The notes under the pieces: generated by a model
The model's database searches: none
What the model saw: only the letters and a program-made list of their open reading frames with translations
Told to the model about the DNA's origin: nothing
DNA from: Candidatus Moraniibacteriota bacterium
GTDB lineage: Bacteria; Patescibacteriota; Minisyncoccia; Moranbacterales; UBA1568
Assembly (NCBI GenBank): GCA_049290235.1
Contig: JBATNG010000017.1
Span: 628 to 64,627, forward strand
Direction: 5' to 3'
Length of the DNA stretch: 64,000 nucleotides
In this document: positions 19,660 to 28,162 of the stretch, one piece after another
How positions within the stretch are numbered: position 1 is the first letter of the stretch
Layout of the letters: every line of letters starts with the position of its first letter
Translations under genes and position numbers: made by a program

Positions 19660-20562
19660 ATGAAAATTATTCGGCAAAGTTCTTTTACATATCCGATTGG
19701 CCTAAGAGAGAAATGGCGAGACGAAGTCTTCCAGCCATTAGTTGATCACAAGTTCAGGTTGTTGCTTTCCGACGGGAATACCATCGAAGCGGGAGTATTT
19801 GAGCTTTTGGTGGACGAAACGAAAGAAATCCACGCATGCATTTCAACGCAGGCGGGATGTAAATTCGGGTGTGCCATGTGCACCTCCGGCAGGGAGGGCT
19901 TTTCAAGGAACCTCACAAAGGGAGAAATTCTTTGCCAGATACGACTCCTTTCTGGCGCGGCAGGAATCAGAATGTTCGACCATATCGTTTTTATGGGCAT
20001 AGGTGAGCCGCTTGATAATTACGACAACTTTGTCGGAAGCGTTACGGATTTGGTGAATAGCGATGCTTCTTATGCTGGTCGGCTTTCATTCGCGACCGTC
20101 GGGCTCCCTCAGAAGCTACTCCGATTGTCACGGGAACCGATCCCAGCATTCCGAATGCTTTGGATATCGCTCCATGCGCCAACGGATGAAAAGCGCGCAC
20201 AGATCATGCCGGTTGATAAAGCGTTCAGCATTCTTGAAATACTCGGAGCCGCAAAAGAATTCGCCAACCGTGTATCAACGGAAGTATGGATTAACTACAT
20301 GCTTTTCCAAGGATTCAACGACGGTGTCGATGATGCGAAATCGTTCGCGGGTCTCCTGACTGGAACGGAGAGTACTTTCTCCGTGATGATTACTGAGCCC
20401 AATAACGATCTTGCGCAGTATCGGGGAGCTGATGTTTCGGACTTGAAAAGGTTTGAGGGCTATCTCCGATCTGCAGGAGTAAAAAATCGGATCGCTCGAT
20501 TTATTGCGGCGGGGAAACAAGTGAACGCCGGTTGTGGAGAATTCGTCTTCACCCGCATGTAG
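19660..20562 (+). CDS. RlmN/Cfr-family radical SAM methyltransferase homologue, N-terminally truncated relative to RlmN/Cfr
   Basis: CxxxCxxC cluster ACISTQAGCKFGCAMCTSG. MGIGEPLDN. The C-terminal conserved Cys sits in GCGEF. Colinear with Cfr/RlmN from the radical-SAM core to the C-terminus. Confidence 0.7.
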   Translation: MKIIRQSSFTYPIGLREKWRDEVFQPLVDHKFRLLLSDGNTIEAGVFELLVDETKEIHACISTQAGCKFGCAMCTSGREGFSRNLTKGEILCQIRLLSGAAGIRMFDHIVFMGIGEPLDNYDNFVGSVTDLVNSDASYAGRLSFATVGLPQKLLRLSREPIPAFRMLWISLHAPTDEKRAQIMPVDKAFSILEILGAAKEFANRVSTEVWINYMLFQGFNDGVDDAKSFAGLLTGTESTFSVMITEPNNDLAQYRGADVSDLKRFEGYLRSAGVKNRIARFIAAGKQVNAGCGEFVFTRM

Positions 20563-20579
20563 TGTGATTTTCCGTGTTT

Positions 20580-20611
20580 GCCCCAAGGGTTTCCCTTGGG
20601 GCATTTTTTTC
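20580..20611 (+). terminator. rho-independent terminator
   Basis: gccccaaggg-ttt-cccttggggc followed by attttttt. Confidence 0.7.
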
Positions 20612-20686
20612 TTAACTCCCTTCGCAGGATCTGAAATGTAAGCTAGGATGGAGACCAACCGGAAGCGGTATTTCCGTGCTTTTTGA

Positions 20687-20714
20687 GGTGGTTCGAATCC
20701 TGCCGCCGGAGCAA
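20687..20714 (+). repeat. partial tRNA-Asn 3' end (T-arm plus acceptor 3' strand); att-like direct repeat
   Basis: ggtggttcgaatcctgccgccggagcaa versus the tRNA 3' end aggttcgaatcctgtcgccggagcca. Followed by a hairpin caaaaacaa..ttgtttttg plus T-run (20716-20760). Confidence 0.6.
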
Positions 20715-20761
20715 CAAGCAAAAACAATCCTCCTATGAGGGTTGTTTTTGTTTATTTCGGT

Positions 20762-20810
20762 GGCAGGAGTCGAAGTTTATGCCCTTTAGAGTAAATCCTG
20801 CCGCCAGAGC
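20762..20810 (+). repeat. second partial tRNA-Asn 3' fragment carrying a roughly 30-nt insertion in the T-loop position; homologous to the fragment at 24741-24836
   Basis: ggcagga-gtcgaagtttatgccctttagagtaa-atcctgcc-gccagagc. Shares aagtttatgccctttagRgtaaatcctgYcgccRgagc and the downstream caagccttgtt with the 24.8-kb copy. Confidence 0.55.
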
Positions 20811-20873
20811 TAAGAAAACAATGCCTAATCAAGCCTTGTTTTTTGTTACCCTCGAGAGGATTTGAACTGGCCC

Positions 20874-20902
20874 TTGCATTTATTTACAATAGAGTGTATA
20901 AT
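20874..20902 (+). promoter_or_regulatory. sigma-70-type promoter of the abiE operon (TTGCAT, 17 nt, TATAAT) overlapping a direct-repeat operator candidate
   Basis: ttgcat 20874-20879, tataat 20897-20902. Direct repeats caatagagtgtataat (20887-20902) and caatagagtataagt (20932-20946). AbiEi antitoxins are known to autoregulate through repeats in their promoter. Confidence 0.5.
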
Positions 20903-21003
20903 TTAGTTCAAAGGTACTCATATTTGGGTACCAATAGAGTATAAGTAATCAGTTTACCTATGGTGAGTGTAGTCGAACCAGCCGTAGTGAGCAGAGTCGA
21001 ACT

Positions 21004-21588
21004 ATGAAAAAAGACTATCTTTTAGACCTCATGCGATCCAAGAAGACGGTTTTTACGTTTAAGGACCTGGTTTTGCTTTGGGGAGAGTCTGATGTGAGTT
21101 TTGTGAAGAAGAAGATTCATCGCTATGTGAAGGCCGGTAAAATGAACGCTGTACGCAGGGGTATTTATTCTAAGGACAAGAATTATGATAAATATGAGCT
21201 GGCTACAAAAGTATATACTCCCTCATATGTCAGCATGGAAACAGCTTTAGGTGCCGCCGGAATTACGTTCCAGTTGTACGGTCAGATTTTTGTTGCTTCC
21301 TATACCACCAAAGAAATTGAGTGCGACGGACAGAGGTATTCTTATAAAAAAATAAAGGGTACCATTCTCACTAATCAGGTTGGCATAGAATCAAGAGAAA
21401 ATTATAGTATTGCTTCGCCTGAGAGAGCATTTTTGGATGTCATTTACCTCAACCAGGACTATCATTTTGACAACCTCTCGGCTTTACATTGGGAAAAGGT
21501 ATATGACATTTTACCTATATATGACGGTAATAAACGTATGGCCAGAATGGTGAAAATGTACTATGAAGCATGTAAGAAAGACTTTTAA
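21004..21588 (+). CDS. AbiEi-family type IV toxin-antitoxin antitoxin / transcriptional regulator
   Basis: Size and position immediately upstream of the AbiEii-like nucleotidyltransferase. N-terminal wHTH-like region FTFKDLVLLWGESDVSFVKKKIHRYVKAGKMNAVRRGIY. Confidence 0.5.
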   Translation: MKKDYLLDLMRSKKTVFTFKDLVLLWGESDVSFVKKKIHRYVKAGKMNAVRRGIYSKDKNYDKYELATKVYTPSYVSMETALGAAGITFQLYGQIFVASYTTKEIECDGQRYSYKKIKGTILTNQVGIESRENYSIASPERAFLDVIYLNQDYHFDNLSALHWEKVYDILPIYDGNKRMARMVKMYYEACKKDF

Positions 21589-21599
21589 AAAAATATCAT

Positions 21600-22310
21600 A
21601 TGGCTCTGGATACCGCAAAGCATAAAAATATCCTGGTAAAAATCCTGAAGGATATTTACACTGACGTCACTATCAGTCCAGCGCTGGGATTCAAAGGCGG
21701 AACAGCGGCTACTTTTTTCTATGGACTTGATCGCTTCTCGGTGGATTTGGATTTTGATTTGCTTGATGCAGAAAAGGAAATTCTTGTGTTTGAGCGAGTC
21801 AAAGTCATACTGGAGAAGTATGGCACTCTCAAAGAAGCGCGGACAAAAAGATTCAATCTTCTCTACGTGCTCTCATATAATGACAAGGACATCAATGCTC
21901 AAAACGTGAAAGTGGAAATAAATCGTCGGGAGTATGGCTCGCGATATACGGTGGAGTCATTCCTGGGTATTTCTATGCAGGTCATGGTCAAAGAAGATAT
22001 GGTGGCGCATAAGCTCTGTGCTATGCTCGAACGCATCGGTAAAACCAATCGTGATATTTTTGATGTGCAGTTTTTTCTTGCTCACGACTGGCCGGTTAAT
22101 AGGAAAATTATCGAGGATCGTATGGGCGTTTCGTATGCAGATTTTTTGAAAAAGTGTATCGATGCGATGGAAAAGTTCAATGACAACAACATTCTTTCCG
22201 GTATGGGCGAGTTACTCACCGAAAAACAGAAAGCCTGGGCCAAGGCCAAGTTGAAGCCAGAAGCATTGTTTTTACTCAGGTTGGCTTTGGAGAAGGAGAC
22301 GTATCCATAA
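21600..22310 (+). CDS. AbiEii/AbiGii-family nucleotidyltransferase toxin (DUF1814-like)
   Basis: NTase motif GFKGGTAATFFYGLDRFSVDLDFDL (hG[GS] ... DhDh). Confidence 0.6.
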   Translation: MALDTAKHKNILVKILKDIYTDVTISPALGFKGGTAATFFYGLDRFSVDLDFDLLDAEKEILVFERVKVILEKYGTLKEARTKRFNLLYVLSYNDKDINAQNVKVEINRREYGSRYTVESFLGISMQVMVKEDMVAHKLCAMLERIGKTNRDIFDVQFFLAHDWPVNRKIIEDRMGVSYADFLKKCIDAMEKFNDNNILSGMGELLTEKQKAWAKAKLKPEALFLLRLALEKETYP

Positions 22311-22517
22311 AGAAATGAAATATGACCAATCGAATCCTTTCAAAACAATTGCCTGGAAGAAAGAAGAACAGTGGATCAGAGCCATGGTTCGATGGTTGTG
22401 AAATCTGTGGAGCTGAAAGGAAAGCACGTGAAGAAGGTCGATCGCTGAAAGCATCGGAGTTGCGAGAGGCCTTCCAGAGAGCGAATAGAGCGAAGAAGTG
22501 ATAGAAAGTGGTCTACT

Positions 22518-24671
22518 ATGTCCGTGCTTACTCGACAACAGCGAGTGGATTTATTTCAATCTTTTTTTCGCGGGAGAGAAGATGTTTTTGCTATCCGCTT
22601 CCAAAAAGTAGGGACAGATATCTCCGGATATACGCCGGTATTTACCGATCGAGGAAAAACAGAATACAAAACAATCACACAGAGCGACATCGAGAACCAT
22701 CTGCTTGGTAACGTGACACTCGGTATCTATCCGCTACTAAAAGCTAATACGTCATATTTCATTGCTGCAGATTTTGATGAGAAAGAGTGGAAACGAGATG
22801 CAAAAGCCTTTTATGATACCTGTAGGAAGCACGGAATAGATGTTGCTTTGGAAGTTTCCCGATCTGGAAATGGGGCTCACATATGGTGTTTTTTCGATAG
22901 GCCCTATCCTGCTTCGAGGTCGAGAAGAATTTTTCTTACCTTGCTTCGTCAAGCGAAGTGTATTGATGATTACTTTCATGATGAGAGTTTTGATCGTTTA
23001 TTCCCGAACCAGGATATGCATTCAGGGAAGGGTCTGGGTAATCTCATCGCATTACCGCTGCAAGGGAAGTCAAGAAAAGAAAATAAAACTGAATTCATTG
23101 ATCCGAAAACATTCCTTCCATTTCCTGACCAGTGGGATTTTTTGTCTGGTCTCAAAAAGATTTCTGTAGAAAAACTGGATGAGTTGTATGAAAATCTCTG
23201 TCAAAAAGGGAATACTTTGAAAGAGCAGGCGACTTTTAGTCAAAATACCCCGATGTGTATCGAGCTTTCAGCTCTGCTGAAGATTCCGAAGCAGCAGGTT
23301 ACACCGGTGCTCATGACGTATTTACGGGAAAAGTTGAATTTTTTCAATAGCGAATATATAGCCAAGTCGAAAATCGGATTTTCGACGCATGGGGTGGAGA
23401 AGTTTTTTAAGACGGTATGCTCCGACGATGATTTTGTATATATTCCTCGCGGATACCTTGAAATGGTAACGGTCTTTCTTCGGGAGCAGGGTATCGACTT
23501 TGAGGTTGTAGACAAATATTTGGTTTTAGAGGATGTTGAGCTGGATATTTCACTTCCTTTGTATCGATATCAGCAAGAAGCAGTAGAGAGTTTCGTGGGA
23601 AAAAACCAGGGGATGCTGATCGCTCCGCCCGGGAGCGGGAAGACTCTTATGGGACTTGCTATCGCTCTTTCCAAAAAGCAGCCGACGCTCATTATTGTAC
23701 ACCGGAAGAATATCCTCGAGCAGTGGGTCGAGAGCATCCATAACTTTCTCGGGATTCAAAAAAAGGAAATCGGAAAATACGGAGGCACAACCAAGAAAAT
23801 CAAACAACCGTTCACAGTTGCCATGATGCAGACACTTGCGAGAGCAAAAGAAAAGGATGAAATACTGAAGCATTTCGGCTGTGTGATAGTGGATGAATGC
23901 CATCATGTGCCAGCCAAGATGTTCCGGAAAGTGATCTCGTGTGTTTCGTCGAAATACCTTTTCGGACTGACGGCGACGCCGAAGCGGAAATACAACGATC
24001 AGAAATTAATTTCTGCTTACCTAGGTGAGACCATCTATGAAGTTTCCGGTGCTTATCGAGAGGAAAGCAGTGCTCTGGTGAATCCGGGCTCAGCGAATAT
24101 TTCCGTTGTTGTTCTGAAAAGTGATTTTCTCATTCCTTATGAATTCGGCGCAAGGGATTTTGCACATATTTTGAAGCTCACCTCTTTCGATACGCGGAGA
24201 AATAAAATGATTGCCGACGTCATACAAAGCGAAGTTTCACAAAAAAGGAAAGTATTGGTGATAGCGGAAAGAAAATAGCACATCGAGTCGCTTCGGTATT
24301 TCTTGAAGAAGAGTGTGGATATACTGGTCATGACCGGGACTCTCTCGGCTCGACAGAAAAAGTATCGGAGCACCAGAATGGGCAATGGGACGTTTCAGGT
24401 CATACTTGCGACAGGGCAGTTCTTTGGAGAAGGGGTGGATGTGGTACATTTCGACTCGCTTTTTATTGTCTCGCCGATTTCTTTCGAAGGAAAGCTGATC
24501 CAGTACATCGGTCGGTTACAGCGAGGCAGCAGAGAGAAGAAAGTGTTCGACATCTGTGATCCCGAGGTGAAAATGCTTGAAAAGATGTTCAAGAAGAGAG
24601 TGACGGTGTATAACAAATTAGCGAAAGCTGGTCAGATAACTTTTACAGAGCAAGCGAAGGACTTGTTATGA
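22518..24671 (+). pseudogene. Prim-Pol (archaeo-eukaryotic primase-like) N-terminal domain fused to SF2 DEAD/DEAH-type helicase; reading frame interrupted by a single in-frame TAG at 24276-24278
   Basis: PrimPol-like LGIYPLLKANTSYFIAADFDEKEW...LEVSRSGNGAHIWCFF. Helicase motif I APPGSGKT, II DECHH, III LTATP. After the TAG, in the same frame: VLVATGQFFGEGVDVVHFDSLFIV..QYIGRLQRGS (motifs V-VI). The ORF track shows this as 22518-24278 and 24303-24671, both in frame 0. Confidence 0.6.
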
Positions 24672-24740
24672 GTTTTTTACAATATAGGTCCGGACTTCTT
24701 CCAACGCTCGGAGCAGAGAGTTGGTGTGGGGTATATGCCG

Positions 24741-24836
24741 CAGGTGACTGTTTATCACTTGGTCACAGGTTTACATCCAAAGGATGAAAAGTTTATGCCC
24801 TTTAGGGTAAATCCTGTCGCCGGAGCATAGAGAACG
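24741..24836 (+). repeat. third partial tRNA-Asn copy (anticodon arm to 3' end) with a roughly 36-nt insertion in the T-loop
   Basis: caggtgactgtttatcacttggtcacagg-tttacatccaaaggatgaaaagtttatgccctttagggtaaat-cctgtcgccggagca. Compare the tRNA 14937-14985. Confidence 0.6.
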
Positions 24837-24942
24837 AGGCTGTAGCAAGCCTTGTTCTCTTTATCACTTCTATTGGAGTTCGAAGCTGGTATACTTGAAT
24901 TTACAGAAAAGGTTATTACTAATTTTCTATTGTTTCTGTATG

Positions 24943-25368
24943 GCTACAATAAATCCTTGGATTAACTTCAACGGTAATGCTGAAGAGGCATTTACTTTTT
25001 ATAAATCTGTTTTTGGCGGAGAGTTTGCTAAGGTGGTGCGTTTCAAAGATATCGCGAGTGATGAATTCCCTGTGGCAGAAAAAGAAGAAAATAAAATGAT
25101 GCATATTGCTTTACCTATTGGTAACAGCACTCTGTTGATAGCCAATGATGTTCCGGAGGTTCTGGGGCGAGTAAATGAGCATGAAAATCGAAGCAAAATT
25201 TTGGTAAGTACGGAAAGTAAAGAAGAGGCGGACAGATTATTTCATGGCCTTTCGGCCGGAGGAGAAGTGGAGGGATCTATGGGTGACAGTCCGTGGGGAT
25301 CATATGCGGGTATGTTTCGAGATAAATACGGTATTGAGTGGATCATTGAATTTTCTCCTAGTAATTGA
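24943..25368 (+). CDS. VOC/glyoxalase-fold protein, PhnB-like
   Basis: MATINPWINFNGNAEEAFTFYKSVFGG is typical of the PhnB-like family. ATG at 24943. Confidence 0.6.
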   Translation, partial: ATINPWINFNGNAEEAFTFYKSVFGGEFAKVVRFKDIASDEFPVAEKEENKMMHIALPIGNSTLLIANDVPEVLGRVNEHENRSKILVSTESKEEADRLFHGLSAGGEVEGSMGDSPWGSYAGMFRDKYGIEWIIEFSPSN

Positions 25369-25405
25369 AATACGTGAGGGGATATAACAATAATCTTGCT
25401 TTTGA

Positions 25406-25455
25406 ATCACCGTTCTGACGGCCCTCTCAGGCGGGCAGGCCTTCACGATGCGGAG
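25406..25455 (+). promoter_or_regulatory. conserved 50-nt non-coding leader element, copy a (upstream of the RibD_C gene)
   Basis: atcaccgttctRacgKcYctctcaggcgggcaggcYttcaYgatgcgRag is shared with 28113-28162 at about 88 percent identity. Confidence 0.4.
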
Positions 25456-25491
25456 GGAATTAGCCTGAAAATTCTTCGTTATAATAACCCT

Positions 25492-26091
25492 ATGAGAAAA
25501 ATTATTGTCCTGTCTTTTATTACATTGGACGGTGTCATGCAGGCGCCGGGCGGACCCGAGGAAGATACCTCGGGTGGCTTCAAGTACGGTGGGTGGACGG
25601 TGCCCTATTTTGATGACTTTTCAGGAGAGGTTATGGCAGAGCAAATGGGCCGACCCTTCGATTTGTTACTGGGCAGAAAAACTTACGAGATATTTGCCGG
25701 GTATTGGCCCGAGCATAATGACGAAGGCGGAGTGCCACTCAATAATGCAATCAAATATGTGGCTTCAAACACGCTCAAAAAACTGGAATGGAATAACTCG
25801 ATACTTTTGAAAAATAATGTTGTCGAAGAAATAAAAAAACTGAAGGAACAGGACGGTCCGGATTTGCATGTTCACGGGAGCGGTAACTTTATCCAGACGC
25901 TCATGAAGCATGATTTGGTCGATGAATTTTGGCTCAAAATATTTCCTGTGACACTTGGTGCAGGCAAGCGCCTCTTTGCCGATGGTACGATTCCAGTAGC
26001 TTTCAAACTAACAGACAGCAAAATTTCACCAAGCGGAGTCATCATCGCCAATTATAAACGCGCGGGAGAAGTGAAAACCGGCTCGTTTTGA
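25492..26091 (+). CDS. dihydrofolate reductase-family protein (RibD C-terminal domain, YwjB-like)
   Basis: MRKIIVLSFITLDGVMQAPGGPEED...GRKTYEIFAGYWP...LHVHGSGNFIQTL. ATG at 25492. Confidence 0.65.
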   Translation: MRKIIVLSFITLDGVMQAPGGPEEDTSGGFKYGGWTVPYFDDFSGEVMAEQMGRPFDLLLGRKTYEIFAGYWPEHNDEGGVPLNNAIKYVASNTLKKLEWNNSILLKNNVVEEIKKLKEQDGPDLHVHGSGNFIQTLMKHDLVDEFWLKIFPVTLGAGKRLFADGTIPVAFKLTDSKISPSGVIIANYKRAGEVKTGSF

Positions 26092-26204
26092 TACGAGGTG
26101 GATATTCACTAGTGTGGACATCTGAAATTGAGGCTTACCGAGGCCTCTTTTTTGTCTGATCCGGGAGGGCGTATAATTCAGGTATAAACAGTAACCCAGG
26201 CCGT

Positions 26205-26549
26205 ATGAAAAAATTCTTGGTTTTGTATCTCGTGCCCGTGGCGACTCTTGAGGCGTGGATGAAGACTGATCCTGAAACACGGCAGGCAGAGGAGGGCAAG
26301 ATGAAAGAGGAGTGGAGTGTGTGGATGAAGGAACATGGGGCAGCCATGAAGGAAACATGGGGAGCGGGGAAAACAAAGCTAGTAACCAAAGGAGGCACGA
26401 GCGATATCAAAAACGACGTTATGCTGTTCTCAATTGTGGAAGCGGAGTCAGCGGAAGCGGCAGCGAAACCTTTTGAGAGTCATCCACATCTCGGGATCCC
26501 AGAGGCGTCGATTGAGATCATGCCCATGAATGATCTCTCAGGCATGTGA
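26205..26549 (+). CDS. hypothetical protein
   Basis: ORF with plausible start; no recognised motif. Confidence 0.35.
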   Translation: MKKFLVLYLVPVATLEAWMKTDPETRQAEEGKMKEEWSVWMKEHGAAMKETWGAGKTKLVTKGGTSDIKNDVMLFSIVEAESAEAAAKPFESHPHLGIPEASIEIMPMNDLSGM

Positions 26550-26618
26550 TTGGTTTCCACGTCAGTTGATACGATTGAGATGAAAGTTCGAACAAGGCGA
26601 TAGTCACTAACGCAGAGC

Positions 26619-26957
26619 ATGAACATCTCAAGGACAAGATTCGTTATCAGCTTCCTTATCGCTGCCTTTGCCTTCTTGTTTATCTCGAACGCGCTTTTTG
26701 GGACGGAGGCTCGACTCTTTCCTCAGCCGCCCGAGTCTTTCTTGGGCACGGATTCACCCATCGTTTGGAAGAGTATTGGGTATAAAACTCTCTTGCCGAT
26801 CAAAATTGTTTTGATCGGACCCATGCTTCCCTTTATCAATTTTTTGCGCCAAGAGCCGGATACGCCACCACCATTTTTTGTCATCGGGTTTGCGATCTAC
26901 TGGTCAATCCTTGCCCTATTCCTTCATTACCTTCTCGGTAAGAAGAAACACGCTTAA
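26619..26957 (+). CDS. small hypothetical membrane protein
   Basis: Three predicted hydrophobic helices. Confidence 0.35.
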   Translation: MNISRTRFVISFLIAAFAFLFISNALFGTEARLFPQPPESFLGTDSPIVWKSIGYKTLLPIKIVLIGPMLPFINFLRQEPDTPPPFFVIGFAIYWSILALFLHYLLGKKKHA

Positions 26958-26996
26958 CGCATCATTAGTTTCTCTCCATTAAAATCCCAGTCTAGC

Positions 26997-27473
26997 GTGA
27001 AATCTATGAAGAACAGTGAAGCAGCATTTCGCTGGATTATCGAAATATTCAAACGCCACGGACTACCTTTTGTTGTCCTCGGGGGCTTGGCGGCCCGAGC
27101 CTATGGTTCGACCCGCGAGCTGAACGATATTGATCTCGTCATTCACAGAGACAATTTCGAACGCATCCTTCCCGAGGTACGGGAGTATATCACTTTCGGG
27201 CCAGAAATGAGCCAGGATGAAGAAGCGGAAGGGTATTCTATGGTTCTTCAATACAAGGAGCAAGACATCGATATTGGAGCCGAGGAAGATTGCAAGATTT
27301 TCAACCAAGCAACTGGCCAGTGGGAACTCTTGGAAACGGACTTCAATAATGTAGACCTGAAAGAAGTCTTCGGGATCACGGTTCCTGTTATGAAGAAAGA
27401 AGCCATCATTACTGAAAAACTCAAGTTCAACCGGCCAGTGGATCACGAGGATATCAAACAAATGCAGAGTTAG
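26997..27473 (+). CDS. small nucleotidyltransferase, Lnu(A)/LinA-like
   Basis: FVVLGGLAARAYGSTRELNDIDLVIHRD compares with the Lnu(A) motif LDGGWGVDVL..REHRDIDIDFD. Size 158 aa. Confidence 0.5.
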   Translation: MKSMKNSEAAFRWIIEIFKRHGLPFVVLGGLAARAYGSTRELNDIDLVIHRDNFERILPEVREYITFGPEMSQDEEAEGYSMVLQYKEQDIDIGAEEDCKIFNQATGQWELLETDFNNVDLKEVFGITVPVMKKEAIITEKLKFNRPVDHEDIKQMQS

Positions 27474-27496
27474 AACCTGGTACGCTAGATAAACAT

Positions 27497-28078
27497 ATGC
27501 AAGAGCAATACTACAAGAGCTTAGAAACTTACGAGGACTGGGGAGCTCACAAGTCAGCAGTCTTGAGTATGATTGAGGAACAGGACAGGGAAGTTGTAGA
27601 GCAGGCGATAGGAATAGTAGAAAAGTATCACAATACTCCAAGAACTCTGTATACAGGAAACTACAATCGTCATCCCGTGAGAGTAGCAAGAATTCTGTTA
27701 GAAGAGTTTGATGTGAAGGATGCAAGAGCCGTTTTAATTGCTCTTTGCCACGACTTGGGGGAGTGGTCGGAATATGATGTGAAGAATCTCGAAAATGAAT
27801 TTGGAGCTGATGTAAAATCGGGTGTTGAAACTCTAACCTGGAATGCAGGCGATACGTGGGATTCATTCTTTCAAAGAATTGTTGCCACGAAGAACGATGA
27901 CCTCATAAAGGTCAAAATGGCGGATAAACTGGACAACAATAGGTCAGCTGTGTTTTCTAGTGAGGCTGAGAAAAAGAAGGCCAGAGAGAAGACGGAAAAA
28001 ATCCTACGACCCTTTGTGGAGAAGAACTACCCAGATTACTGGAAGAAACTTGAAGAATCCTTGCGGGCATTAGCCTAG
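27497..28078 (+). CDS. HD-domain hydrolase, RelA/SpoT hydrolase-domain-like (small alarmone hydrolase type)
   Basis: HPVRVARIL...ALCHDLGE and KMADKLDN (compare SpoT KLADRLHN). Confidence 0.55.
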   Translation: MQEQYYKSLETYEDWGAHKSAVLSMIEEQDREVVEQAIGIVEKYHNTPRTLYTGNYNRHPVRVARILLEEFDVKDARAVLIALCHDLGEWSEYDVKNLENEFGADVKSGVETLTWNAGDTWDSFFQRIVATKNDDLIKVKMADKLDNNRSAVFSSEAEKKKAREKTEKILRPFVEKNYPDYWKKLEESLRALA

Positions 28079-28112
28079 TGCAGATCTGGAATAGAGAATA
28101 GTCGTTCCTAGT

Positions 28113-28162
28113 ATCACCGTTCTAACGTCTCTCTCAGGCGGGCAGGCTTTCATGATGCGAAG
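28113..28162 (+). promoter_or_regulatory. conserved 50-nt non-coding leader element, copy b (upstream of msrAB)
   Basis: See 25406-25455. Confidence 0.4.

Larger units (their letters stand above)
14986..20714. mobile_element. genomic-island segment 1 integrated at the tRNA-Asn 3' end; bounded on the right by a 28-nt direct repeat of the tRNA 3' end; AT-richer than flanks; cargo of aaRS-like and resistance-like genes; no integrase seen
   Basis: Direct repeat ggttcgaatcctgYcgccggagc at 14961-14985 and 20687-20714 (23/27 identity). The composition shift starting immediately after the tRNA was judged by eye and not computed. Confidence 0.5.
20715..24836. mobile_element. genomic-island segment 2 (AbiE toxin-antitoxin plus PrimPol/helicase), bounded by partial tRNA-Asn copies
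   Basis: Bounded by tRNA-fragment repeats at 20687/20762 and 24741. AT-rich coding sequence, judged by eye. Confidence 0.45.

Noticed and set aside
19660-20562. Calling the radical-SAM gene cfr (antibiotic-resistance determinant) outright
   Set aside because: RlmN and Cfr cannot be separated by motif inspection. The protein is shorter than both, and a phylogenetic placement is required.
25406-25455. Reading the conserved 50-mer as a small conserved leader peptide (ITVLT[A/S]LSGGQAF[T/M]MR)
   Set aside because: In copy a the frame is preceded immediately by TGA. In copy b there is no ATG, GTG or TTG between the upstream stop and the peptide. The conservation is better explained at the nucleotide level.
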